A stretch of 43,594 nucleotides of DNA from an uncultured cyanobacterium (GTDB lineage: Bacteria; Cyanobacteriota; Cyanobacteriia; Leptolyngbyales; Leptolyngbyaceae). Each line of letters opens with the position of its first letter. The first letter of the stretch is position 1. Shown piece by piece: positions 18,851 through 28,828 of this stretch. Location of the stretch: NCBI GenBank assembly GCA_963766075.1, contig CAVYAN010000022.1, positions 1-43,594 of the forward strand, given 5' to 3'. The notes under the pieces were generated by a model. The model was given only the letters and a program-made list of their open reading frames with translations, was not told the DNA's origin and did no database searches. A program made the position numbers and the translations under genes.

Positions 18851-21598
18851 ATGCGTAGCCGCCACTCCGGTCCCCGTGTTCACCCCTGGCTCATCAGCTT
18901 AGCCCTCAGCACCCCCCTCCTCAGTCTGGGAGCCCATCCCGCCGCACTGGCCGCATCCCCCAACCCGGCCCAGCTTGTGCAACAAGGCATCGATCGCTAC
19001 CAACAAGGCGACTACCCCAGCGCCATTCAAGCCCTCCAGCAAGCCCTCCAGCAATACGAGCAAGCCCGCGACCAACCCAACACCGCGATCGTCCTGGAAA
19101 ATATTGCCCGCACCTATCAACAACTCGGCCAAAGCGAACCCGCGATCGCCCACTGGCAAAAAGCCATCACCCTGCACCACCAACTGGGCAACACCCCCCA
19201 ACTAGGCCGCGCCCTCACCGAACAAGCCCAAGCCTACAGCAACTTTGGTCAACCCAAGCAAGCGATCGCCCTGCTCTGCCATGAGATGGAAACCGCCACA
19301 GATGACACCAACATCGACCTCATCGAGCAAGAAAATCCCCTTCCAGTCACCTGCGCGGCCAACAGTGCCCTCGCCCTCGCAAAAAACAACCCCGATCAAA
19401 CGCAAGAAATCGCAGCCCTAGGCAGCTTAGGCGAAGCCTATCGGTTGCTGGGAGAGCATGACCGGGCGATCGCCCGCCTAGAAGAAGCCAAAACCAAAGC
19501 AGACACCCTCGGCAATTCCATCTACAAAATCTCCGTCCGCAACAGCCTCGCCACCGTGCTCACCAGCCGCGCCCAACTCAGCTATCATCGCGCCCAATCC
19601 GCCCAACGTCGCCAGCCACAAACGTCCGCCGACAGTCCGGCACCCACCGTCCCCACCACCCTGGCCGCCGATGATGCGAAAGCCCTCAGCTATCTCACCG
19701 AAAGCTACGCCCTCGCCAAAACTGACCCCCAAGCCCAAATGCGAGCCTTGCTCAGCACCTTTCCCATCTATGCCCGCCAGCAAAATCAAGCGGCCATAGC
19801 TACAACATTGCAACAAGCCCTGCCTCTCCTGAACCAACTCCCACCCAATCGATCGCGCGTTTATGCCAGCCTTGATCTCGCCCGACTTTTATCCGTAACG
19901 GCCACCATACCGGCCACCGACGCTACTCCCCCACGATCACCCGTTTGTGTAAGCCAGCAGCCCCCTGCCCAGGCTGAAACCCTGCTCAAACAAGCGATCG
20001 CCACCGCCCGCCAAATCCAAGATCCCCGCGCCGAATCCTTTGCCCTCGGTGAACTCGGCAAACTGTACGAATGTCGCGGTGACCTGCCCCAAGCCCTACA
20101 ATGGACGCAACAAGCCAAATTCGCTGCCGCCCAAGATGCCAAGGCCCAGGACAGCATGTACCAATGGGAATGGCAAACCGGGCGCATCCTGAAAGCTCAA
20201 GGACAAGCCGAAGCCGCGATCACCGCCTATGAACAAGCCCTCGCCACCTTAGCCACAATTCGGGGGGATATTCTGAGTGCAAACCGCGATCGGCAATTCG
20301 ATTTTCGTGACACGATCGAACCGATTTATCGAGATTTAATTGATTTGCGCATCGGTTCAGAAACCAACTCAGCGAATAGAGATAGTGGCAGATATTCACA
20401 GAAATCTGCTCGCAAAGAGAATGCTAAACCGGAATCCGTTGGGAGTAATCTCGACGCAGTTTTGAAGATTGCTGATTCACTCCAGCTAGCCAGACTGCAA
20501 AACTACTTTGGTAGTGAATGTATCATCACCGCCATCAATACCGATCTCGCAGAGTTAAGAAAAGAAATTGATAAAGACCAACAAACGGCAATCATCACGT
20601 CGATTATTCTGAAAGATCGGACTGTGATGGTCTTGAAATTGCCCAATCAAGCCCCGCGTCAGTTTATAGTTACACGCAGTCAAGCAGAGTTAGAGAAAAA
20701 GATCAATGCTTTTCGGCGCAGCGTCGAAGACGGGACGAATCCGGCTGGCTTTGATCGCAAAGAAGCGGAAGAACTCCATAAGTTGCTAATTCAACCGTTA
20801 CTCTCCACCCTACAAACACAACCGATTAAAATCCTGGTCTTCGTCCAAGATGGCTTGCTGCAAAGCATTCCGATGGCCGCTTTGTACGATCGCCAGCGCC
20901 AAAAATATTTGATCGAAGACTACGCGATCTCCACCACTCCCAGTCTAAACCTGACGAATTTAGCCGCCCGCGATCGCACGATCGTCCCCCAGATTCTGGC
21001 CTTAGGGGTAACCAAAGCCCGCACCGTCGAGGGTCAAACCTTTACGGAGTTGCTGAACGTAAAAGGGGAGATCGATCAGGTCACCCAGAAGTTTCCCGGT
21101 AGTCAGGCGTTGTTAGATGAGGACTTTGGCCGCAAGACCCTCCAAAAAGTGATTACGCAAAAACCTTTCTCGATCATCCATATGGCCACCCACGGGCAGT
21201 TTGGGGCCGATCCTGACGACACCTTTTTGGTGATGGGAGACGAGAATAAACTGACGATCGCGGGCCTCGAACGCCTCTTGCGCCGCGTGGCTAAAAATCA
21301 AACGCCACTGGATTTATTGATGCTGACGGCCTGCCAAACAGGGGTCGGCGATGATCGGGCAATCTTAGGCTTAACGGGGGTGGCGGTGCAGTCGGGAGCG
21401 AATAGCGCGATCGGTTCCCTCTGGTTTATCGATGACGTGGCCACTTCAGAATTAGTCAACTTGTTTTATCAGAACTTACCCAACACCAGCAAAGCGGAAG
21501 CCCTGCAAACCGCACAAAAGGCATTGATTGCGCGGACGGATTCATATAGCCACCCGGCCTATTGGGCGGCACTGGTGTTGGTGGGTAACTGGCGCTAA
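18851..21598 (+). CDS. Secreted TPR-CHAT (caspase-like) domain protein
   Basis: Signal peptide, TPRs and intact CHAT dyad IIHMATHG / LTACQTG; C-terminal HPAYWAALVLVGNW. Confidence 0.92.
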   Translation: MRSRHSGPRVHPWLISLALSTPLLSLGAHPAALAASPNPAQLVQQGIDRYQQGDYPSAIQALQQALQQYEQARDQPNTAIVLENIARTYQQLGQSEPAIAHWQKAITLHHQLGNTPQLGRALTEQAQAYSNFGQPKQAIALLCHEMETATDDTNIDLIEQENPLPVTCAANSALALAKNNPDQTQEIAALGSLGEAYRLLGEHDRAIARLEEAKTKADTLGNSIYKISVRNSLATVLTSRAQLSYHRAQSAQRRQPQTSADSPAPTVPTTLAADDAKALSYLTESYALAKTDPQAQMRALLSTFPIYARQQNQAAIATTLQQALPLLNQLPPNRSRVYASLDLARLLSVTATIPATDATPPRSPVCVSQQPPAQAETLLKQAIATARQIQDPRAESFALGELGKLYECRGDLPQALQWTQQAKFAAAQDAKAQDSMYQWEWQTGRILKAQGQAEAAITAYEQALATLATIRGDILSANRDRQFDFRDTIEPIYRDLIDLRIGSETNSANRDSGRYSQKSARKENAKPESVGSNLDAVLKIADSLQLARLQNYFGSECIITAINTDLAELRKEIDKDQQTAIITSIILKDRTVMVLKLPNQAPRQFIVTRSQAELEKKINAFRRSVEDGTNPAGFDRKEAEELHKLLIQPLLSTLQTQPIKILVFVQDGLLQSIPMAALYDRQRQKYLIEDYAISTTPSLNLTNLAARDRTIVPQILALGVTKARTVEGQTFTELLNVKGEIDQVTQKFPGSQALLDEDFGRKTLQKVITQKPFSIIHMATHGQFGADPDDTFLVMGDENKLTIAGLERLLRRVAKNQTPLDLLMLTACQTGVGDDRAILGLTGVAVQSGANSAIGSLWFIDDVATSELVNLFYQNLPNTSKAEALQTAQKALIARTDSYSHPAYWAALVLVGNWR

Positions 21599-21659
21599 AT
21601 CAGGGAGCGGAGGTTGCTAAACGGAAGAAAATCATGGCTGCATCAGAAGAGGCGATCGC

Positions 21660-21821
21660 ATGAACACCCAAAGTTGGCTGGGGATTGGGGCAATTGGTTT
21701 GGGGATGATAGGGGCGATCGTTCTTTCCGCCAGTACGGTTGGGGAACAGAGTGTGATTGTGCCAGATGAGACGTTGGGGGCAGAGCGATCGCCGTCTGCA
21801 TCATCAAACAGAATCAAATAA
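21660..21821 (+). pseudogene. 5' fragment (signal peptide) of an FHA-like gene
   Basis: MNTQSWLGLGAIGLGMIGAIVLSASTVGEQSVIVPDETLGAERS matches the N-terminus of the gene at 23808; homology ends at HIP1 21785-21792. Confidence 0.8.
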
Positions 21822-21856
21822 TCGTACAATTGAACTGTTCTGTTGGGTGACGACAA

Positions 21857-22718
21857 ATGCGGCGGGATTCGATTTTTTATCAATTGTTCCAACAATCGCC
21901 GATCTTATTGTTTGACCTGCTGCCCTTGCCACCCGAAAATGCTGAACGCTATCGATTTGACTCCGTTGCGGTCAAGGAACCCAAATTTGAAATCGATGGG
22001 GTGTTCTTACCCCCGGACGATCACCCCGGTGCCGTCTATTTTTGTGAGGTGCAGTTTCAGCCCGATGAATTGCTCTACGAACGGCTGGTGAGTGAATTAT
22101 CCTTGCTACTTCTATCGAAATCGATCGCGGTTTTCTGATTGGCAAGCGGTGGTGATTTATCCATCACGCCGGATCGAGCAAAGGGAAATCTATCCCCATC
22201 GATCGCTGCTGTCTGGTGAACAACTGCATCGGATTTATTTGGATGAGTTGGATGATTGGCGACAATTGCCCTTAGGTGTGGCCTTGATGGTGCTGACGAC
22301 GCTGACGACACAGGATGCTCCTGAAGATGCCCGCTATTTGTTGGCAAAATCTCAACGGGAATTAACCGATCCTACGGCGTGTCGCGCCATAATGGAAATG
22401 TTAACGACGATTCTGGTGTATAAATTTGATCAATTGAGTCGAGTGGAGGTGGAAGCGATGTTGGGCATCAGTTTGCAGCAAACGCGGGTGTATCAAGAGG
22501 CCAAGGCTGAGGGGGAAGAGATTGGTGAACAGCGCGAGCGATCGCTGATTCTCCGCCAACTCACCCGCCGGGTCGGTGAATTGCCTGCACTGGTACAATC
22601 GCACATCGACGCGCTTTCTCTTGATCAGTTGGAAGCCTTGGGCGAGGCATTGCTGGATTTTGCGGGGTTAGCCGATTTACAGCAGTGGCTGACGGCACTG
22701 GCGGATGATCGGGGGTGA
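21857..22718 (+). CDS. Rpn family recombination-promoting nuclease / putative transposase (DUF2887 + DUF4351); frameshift near 22105
   Basis: MRRDSIFYQLF, FEIDGVFLP and YFCEVQFQ (PD-(D/E)XK); C-terminal LILRQLTRRVG...LEALGEALLDF. Confidence 0.88.
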
Positions 22719-22799
22719 CGGCTGAAATCCTGGCATCTCAAGAAATATAACTTTGTCGCGTCCGGTACGATCGTTCCTTTTCTGCTGCCGATATGATTT

Positions 22800-22928
22800 G
22801 TGCCGGGGTAGATACGTTTTTCTTTTCAGGCTTATTTTATTCTTTACTGCCCGGTTGAGGGTTACATTGAGATTCTGCGCAGGGTCAGTGGCTATCGAGA
22901 TCTCGAAGCGCTATTTGTCGAAGGGTAG
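22800..22928 (+). pseudogene. C-terminal remnant of a RelE/ParE-type toxin
   Basis: The frame ending at TAG 22926-22928 reads ...AYFILYCPVEGYIEILRRVSGYRDLEALFVEG*, resembling the ParE tail (YIIFY...IEILRVV.G.RDL..LF). The N-terminus is absent. Confidence 0.55.
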
Positions 22929-22959
22929 CCGCGATCGCAATCTGGAAGTTTGATTGAAT

Positions 22960-23343
22960 TTAGGGGGTGCTTTTACGGTCCACGCCAATGATTTGCTGCA
23001 ATGTCTCAAACAGCGGTTGATACTGATCGGTGGGCAACGTACCGATGTAGCCGATAATTCTTTGCATATCCAGGCTCCGGATTTGATCCAGCAGCACGAT
23101 GGAATTCTGGGTCAAACCCGCGATGCCTGCATGGATGTCAGGATACAGAGCGGGGTTGCGATTCGTCCAATCACCGCGCTGGGTGGTCAGCGGTGCGACC
23201 CAAATCATCGGATAGCGCAACTGTCCTCGTGGTAAGCCGACCACAATTGCGGGTCGTCGTCCAGCTTGTTCGCGACCGGGGGGTTGCTGGGTGGGTAGGG
23301 CGATCAGCAATACATCGCCTATATCGATAGGAGTCGTCGTCAA
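22960..23343 (-). CDS. mazF: PemK/MazF family endoribonuclease toxin
   Basis: GDVLLIALP..QPPGREQAGRRPAIVV, VAPLTT and VLLDQIRSLD..RI motifs. Confidence 0.9.
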   Translation of the reverse strand: MTTTPIDIGDVLLIALPTQQPPGREQAGRRPAIVVGLPRGQLRYPMIWVAPLTTQRGDWTNRNPALYPDIHAGIAGLTQNSIVLLDQIRSLDMQRIIGYIGTLPTDQYQPLFETLQQIIGVDRKSTP

Positions 23344-23618
23344 GATTTACCGCCTTCGACCACTAGACCAACGCCAGGAATGTAACGCACGGGATGAGTT
23401 GGGGGTTCTGTTCCCTCGACCCACTCATAGTCAGGCAGTTCCTCGGCTAAATCGGCTTGCTGCCATGTCACCGTTTCTTCATCTATTGTGGCGTTGGACA
23501 GGTCTGTAGAGTTGGACAGGTCGCGCTGGAGCGCTGCCAAGACTTCATGTTTGGCGGCTTGAGGGAGCTGGCTGAAGAGTTCTATGACTTGGGTGATGGT
23601 GATGGTCAGGTTGGGCAT
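23340..23618 (-). CDS. Probable antitoxin for the MazF-like toxin
   Basis: Small acidic protein with a 4-nt overlap onto the toxin start; no recognisable AbrB or RHH fold. Confidence 0.65.
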   Translation of the reverse strand: MPNLTITITQVIELFSQLPQAAKHEVLAALQRDLSNSTDLSNATIDEETVTWQQADLAEELPDYEWVEGTEPPTHPVRYIPGVGLVVEGGKS

Positions 23619-23807
23619 GGTGAGTAATGCTCAAAAGGGGGAAATCCTTCACGCTGTTAGATTATAGCCTGTGGGCAGTCTCAGGACAGACCTGTAAGAA
23701 CGGCAGTTCCGAATGCAATCTGGAAGTTTGGTTGAATTTAGGGGGCGATCGCTCATTCTGCGGGTACGATCGCAGCAATTTACCGGATTGGGTAGGGGGG
23801 CAATCGC

Positions 23808-26800
23808 ATGAACACCCAAAGTTGGCTGGGGCCTGGGGTCATTGGATGGGGGATGATGGGGGCGATCGTTCTTTCCGCCAATACTATTGGGGCGCAGAGT
23901 GTGATTGTGCCAGATGAGACGTTGGGGGAGGAGCGATCGACGGTTATGCCTGCGGTAATTAAGGATCTGCCGAGCGATCGGATCGAAGGTGGAACCATTC
24001 GAGGCATCAATCTATTTCATAGTTTTGAGAAACTTAGTGTGGGTACCGGACGGGGGGTGTATTTTGCTAATCCCACGGGTGTTGAGAATATTCTAAGTCG
24101 GGTGACAGGGAACAATCCTTCGGGAATTTTGGGCCGATTGGGGGTGCTGGGTAATGCCAATTTGTTTTTGCTGAATCCGAATGGAATTGTGTTTGGGCCA
24201 AATGCCAGTTTGGATGTGCTGGGTTCGTTTGTGGCGACGACAGCAAATGCTATCGGGTTTGGCGATCGGGGGAGTTTTAGTGCAACTAATCCATCGGTAC
24301 CATCGGAGTTGCTAACCATTAATCCTTCGGTGTTTTTGTTTAATCAGCTTCCAGTAGGACAAATTATCAATAACTCAAATTCGCCCACTGAGTTTACTAG
24401 TCCATCGGGAAGTCCCATATCTGGTCTGCGGGTTTCCGATGGGCAAAGCTTGCTCCTGGTCGGTGGTGACATCAGTATGGATGGCGGTAGATTAAACGCT
24501 TTGGGTGGGCGGATAGAGTTGGGTGGATTATCATCTGTCGGGACTGTGGGGTTGCAATTTACCGGGAATATTTTAAGCCTGAATTACCCGCAAAACAGTT
24601 TGTTAGCTAACGTGACTCTAGCAAATGATGCCAGAGGTGCTGTGCGAGGAGCAGGGGGGGAGATATTGTCATCAATGTTAGTGCTTTTACCGCTACAAAC
24701 GGTGGACGCTTAGTGGCCGGAACGGAAGGAGTCGGCAATGGAGGAGATATTTCTGTTAATTCTAATCAGTTCAATATTTCTGGAGTTGGCGCTAGCGGAA
24801 TTGGTGCAGGTCTCTATGAACAAGTTCTAGCTAATGCTTCTGGAAAATCGGGAAATATTTTGATTAAGACACAACTTCTAAAAGCATCATCAGGTGCAAA
24901 TTTAGTCAATGACGTCCGGCCTAGAGCAATGGGAAATGCAGGAGACTTAACTATAAACACCAACCGTTTAATTGTCGAAGATGGTAGTTACGTATCATCG
25001 AGTACTTTTGGTATGGGGAATGCTGGAAATTTAACTATTTACGCCACTGAGTTAATTCAAGTGACTGGTACTTCTCCTGATGGCCAAACATTAAGCAAAA
25101 TTTTCACGGATGTTGAGTCTGAAGCATCGGGGCAGGGAGGAAGTCTGAAACTTGACACTCCACAACTGATCGTGGCCGATGGCGGTCAAATATCATCGAG
25201 TACTTTTGGACAGGGAAATGCCGGAAGTATTACGATAAATTCTGATTCTATAGATATACATGGAATAGGGGCAGGTGGAATAGATGCTTATCCGGCTGGG
25301 ATCTTTGTTGAAGTGGTCAATTCAGTTACAGACAAAGGAGTTCGTGGAGGCGATCTGACAATTACCACCCAAAGCCTGAGCATTCGTGATGGTGCAAAGA
25401 TTTCAGGCACTACCTCTGGAAGAGGGGATACAGGTAACGTAACTATTTATGCTTCTGGTAAGGTCGAAGTCGTCGGAACGAGAATTGTTGGACCTTCTCC
25501 TGGTGTTTATTTCATAAGCAAGATAAGCACTGATGTTATTGATGGCGCTATTGGTAATAGTGGTAATTTGACAATTGAAGCCTCTAGATTAGTTGTAAAG
25601 AATGGTGGAGAAGTGTCGTCCAGCACATTTGGGATGGGTAACGCCGGAACATTAATCGTTCGTGCTTCAGACTCTGTAGAACTGAAAGGGGAAAGTCCAG
25701 GAACAGGAGAAAGAAATGGCTATCCCAGTGGGTTATTTGCCCAAGTAGAGCCAACAGGTGAAGGGTCGGGAGGTAATCTAACCATTGAAACTGGACGCTT
25801 GGATGTGAGTAATGGTAGTAAAGTGCAAACAGCAACTTTTGGGCGGGGGAATGCAGGTGACTTATTTATTCGTGCTTCTGAAGTTAATGTATTCGAGACA
25901 GACACTCCCGGTGTTTTCACCGCAGCAATTAATGCTGGTGTTTCTCTTGGTCCTAGCAGTTTCACCGTACCTAGGGGCAATGGAGGCAATCTAACAATCG
26001 AAAACCAAGCGCTTCAGTGTCAGAAGCGGTGGGGAGGTTACAGTTGGAACTTTTGGAGATGGCAATGGAGGAACATTGCAAATCATTGCAAGTGACTCAG
26101 CAGAGGTTGTTGGCACATCGATCAATGGTCTACGCCGTAGCCGAGTAAGTGCTGAAGTTGGGGCAAACAGTACAGGTAATGGGGGGATTTGATTTTTGAT
26201 GCTGGTCAACTGAGTATTCGAGATAGAGGAATTATTACTAGTCGTAGTAGGGCGCAGCAACCAGCAGGCAACGTTTATATTAGTGTCCGTGGAACCCTAC
26301 AAGCCAGAAATAGTGATATTTCTACAAGTTCTGTTAAGTCTGGAGGCGGTAACATCAATATTGTTGCAAAAGACATTTTTCTTCGAGGTGATAGCAATAT
26401 TACAACTAATAGTGTCGCAGGAAATGGCGGTAATATCACCTTAACGGGAAAAGCGATTATTGCTCTTGATGACAGCGATATTTTAACGTTTGCGCAGCAA
26501 GGGAGAGGTGGAAATATTACCCTCAACACTCCTGCTTTCTTTGGGCAAAACTATCGTCCTGCGCCTCCCGGTACTGATCCAGTTGCATTAGACGGTAATA
26601 ACCGCGTAGACATCAACGCCAGCGGTACCGTATCTGGCATCATCACCCTCCCCGATCTCAGCTTTTTGCAAAATGGCCTCAACCAACTCCCCAACAGCCA
26701 AATCGACACCAATGCCCTCCTCGCCAATAGCTGCATCGTCCGCACGCCCAACCGCAACAACAGCTTCTACGTTACTGGCTCCAGCAGCTTGCCCCTCCGC

Positions 26801-26998
26801 CCCGGTGATCCGCCAGCGGTGCCCTATCCCACAGGGGAATTGCGGGCGACGGTCGTCAGGAGCCAGGAGTCAGGAGTCAGTTCAGTTCCTCGGGCACCCG
26901 GAAAACGGTGGCAGAAGGGCGACCCCATCGTCGAACCCGACGGCGTGTATCAACTCCCCGATGGACAACTGATCCTCAGCCGCGAATGCACCCAATAG
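23808..26998 (+). CDS. Filamentous haemagglutinin-like (TpsA-type) exoprotein 2; three apparent frameshifts (~24655, ~26003, ~26185)
   Basis: NLFHSFEKL and NLFLLNPNGIVFG, STFG.GNAG repeats, C-terminus nearly identical to exoprotein 1. Breaks fall in G or A homopolymers. Confidence 0.85.
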
Positions 26999-27030
26999 TG
27001 GTCGGCGGCGTGAGTTTGAAGATATTGAAA

Positions 27031-27464
27031 TTACTGCGGCACTTGCACGATCGCCGCAATTTCATCTCCCAACCGTACAAAATGCTTGGGATTCAGCGTC
27101 AGCAGGACATCGACATTGGCTTTCACTGCCGCTTGCGCAATCAACGCATCAAAAATCCCACCCCCAGGCAAATTGAGTTCAGCCATTCGCGCGATCGCGC
27201 CTTCATAGTCCACTTCATCCAAGCAAACCTTCTCAAAACCCTGAAGGTTTTCTCGGATCTGGCGCTGTGCGATCGCTGGACTAATCACCGGACGATAGGG
27301 TAATCGAGTCAACACCGAAGAGAGTTCAGCCAATGTATGCATCGAGACCACCCCCTGAATTTTCTGAGTTCGAGCCTCTTCTAACCAACGCCAACAGACG
27401 GAATTTTGAGGATGATTCACAATCATGGCCGCAACTAACCGGAGGTATCGAATAAGACCTTCAC
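27031..27464 (-). CDS. vapC: PIN-domain VapC-like toxin; frameshift after codon 8
   Basis: GTG start overlapping the antitoxin stop (GTGA); VKVLFDTS, HTLAEL, GGGIFDALIA and LLTLNPKHF motifs. Confidence 0.82.
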
Positions 27465-27769
27465 AGCCCCATTTGCTCCTGAATTCGTTCCTCGCGTAAG
27501 TCATCAATGAATTGATTAATATCAACATTGTCCGCCTCACTAGTTTCGACGACCAGAACATTACCTTTGTAGTAAACCTGAGGTTCATTCGGCTTAAGAT
27601 GGGTTGGCGGAATCGTTGTGGGTATCGGGATTAAAATCATGGCACCATCCCGCACTTCCAAAGAAAGTTGCACTGCATCAGTCAACCCAAACTCCTGTCT
27701 GATTGTTTCAGGAAACTGAACTCGCCCAGAGGCATCCATGTTCAAAATAGTCATGACAGTTTTTGCCAA
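27461..27769 (-). CDS. AbrB/MazE/SpoVT family antitoxin
   Basis: MDASGRVQFPETIRQEFGL...LEVRDGAMILIP and acidic tail DDLREERIQ. Start may be ATG 27754. Confidence 0.85.
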   Translation of the reverse strand: MAKTVMTILNMDASGRVQFPETIRQEFGLTDAVQLSLEVRDGAMILIPIPTTIPPTHLKPNEPQVYYKGNVLVVETSEADNVDINQFIDDLREERIQEQMGL

Positions 27770-27929
27770 CTTTAATCGGCGTCTATCTTAGCATTTCTCC
27801 AACCTCTCTTCCGGTCAGATCCCTGCTCAAGGGGCGTTCGGAAGGGCGATCGCCCCTCCGAACCCAGGTACCAAACTTAATGGAGGCTGAGCATCTGGAC
27901 TTCATGATTTCTGGGTACCCGTAATATCG

Positions 27930-28727
27930 CTACTTGAGGTTAAGAATCGCATTGAGGTTCGCAACATGTTGCCGCAACGCTCGCTGTTGCTGACACACTT
28001 CATCAAGGCGATTTATCGTACAATTGACTGGCTTTTTCTCCAGGTCTTGCAGCGTTGACTGTTCCATTGCGACCAAATCACTCAAGAGCGATCGCGTATT
28101 TTCTTGACTAGCTGGTTTCGGCGACAGAGTGAGGACTTCTGCCAAGGCATCATACCAGAACCCCTTATCGGCATAGAGTTCTGCTTTTTTTAGCCCACTG
28201 ACCTTCCCTAACTCTTTTTGCAAATCGGGCGTGGGCGTAACCACTTGAATATGCGCCTTAGCCACTAGCTTAGAACCTGAAGGGCAATCCGCCAGCACCC
28301 GCCAACTGTAAACTTGATTAACGGTTAATTCCTGCGGTAATTGCAACTGCACAATTCCGGGATAATTAGGGTTCACTATTAAATTTTTAGTCGAGATCGG
28401 AGTTTCCTGCGTATCCCCCGATCTATACAACATCACGGTTACCGGCAACGCGGGATTCGAGGTAAACCAAGCGATCGTGGGCCGAGGGGATGTGGTTTGC
28501 CCCACATGGTCGATCGGGGCCAGCGCGGTTAACCCAATGGCGCTCTTCCCATCACAGCCCCCCCGTACCCCGCCACCGGTGGTCGATCCTTTTGGGGCAG
28601 TGGGATTGGGCGGCTTTTGATATTTTGCCAGGGCCGCTGGGGCCACCAAGAGCGAGCAGCCAATGGTTAGACTCAAAATCAATTGGCAATGCCGAGATTT
28701 GCTCAGTATTTGAATGCGGTGCAGCAT
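27930..28727 (-). CDS. DUF928 domain secreted protein
   Basis: Signal peptide, GGGVRGGC...LTALAP..HVGQTTSPRPTIAWF, YSWRV and YADKGFWYDALA motifs. Confidence 0.88.
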   Translation of the reverse strand: MLHRIQILSKSRHCQLILSLTIGCSLLVAPAALAKYQKPPNPTAPKGSTTGGGVRGGCDGKSAIGLTALAPIDHVGQTTSPRPTIAWFTSNPALPVTVMLYRSGDTQETPISTKNLIVNPNYPGIVQLQLPQELTVNQVYSWRVLADCPSGSKLVAKAHIQVVTPTPDLQKELGKVSGLKKAELYADKGFWYDALAEVLTLSPKPASQENTRSLLSDLVAMEQSTLQDLEKKPVNCTINRLDEVCQQQRALRQHVANLNAILNLK

Positions 28728-28828
28728 AATGATTACCCTGTAGCAACTTGCTCCTACCATACGAGAAATTACGGGCAAACGCTAGGGGCAAAACGGGCCA
28801 ATCCTATTGCTGGTTTCGGCCAACGCGC

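Noticed and set aside
15760..26990. Diversity-generating retroelement TR/VR pair in the duplicated FHA tails
   Set aside because: No reverse transcriptase in the window; both copies are coding and the differences look mostly synonymous rather than adenine-specific.
15740..26998. Contact-dependent inhibition (CdiA/CdiI) system
   Set aside because: C-termini are constant rather than variable, there is no VENN/toxin tip, and no immunity-like gene follows either FHA gene.
27465..27588. N-terminus of the ORF-track PIN protein (MNLRFTT...)
   Set aside because: Artefact of a frameshift; the real start is GTG 27464 (VKVLFDTS), coupled to the antitoxin stop.
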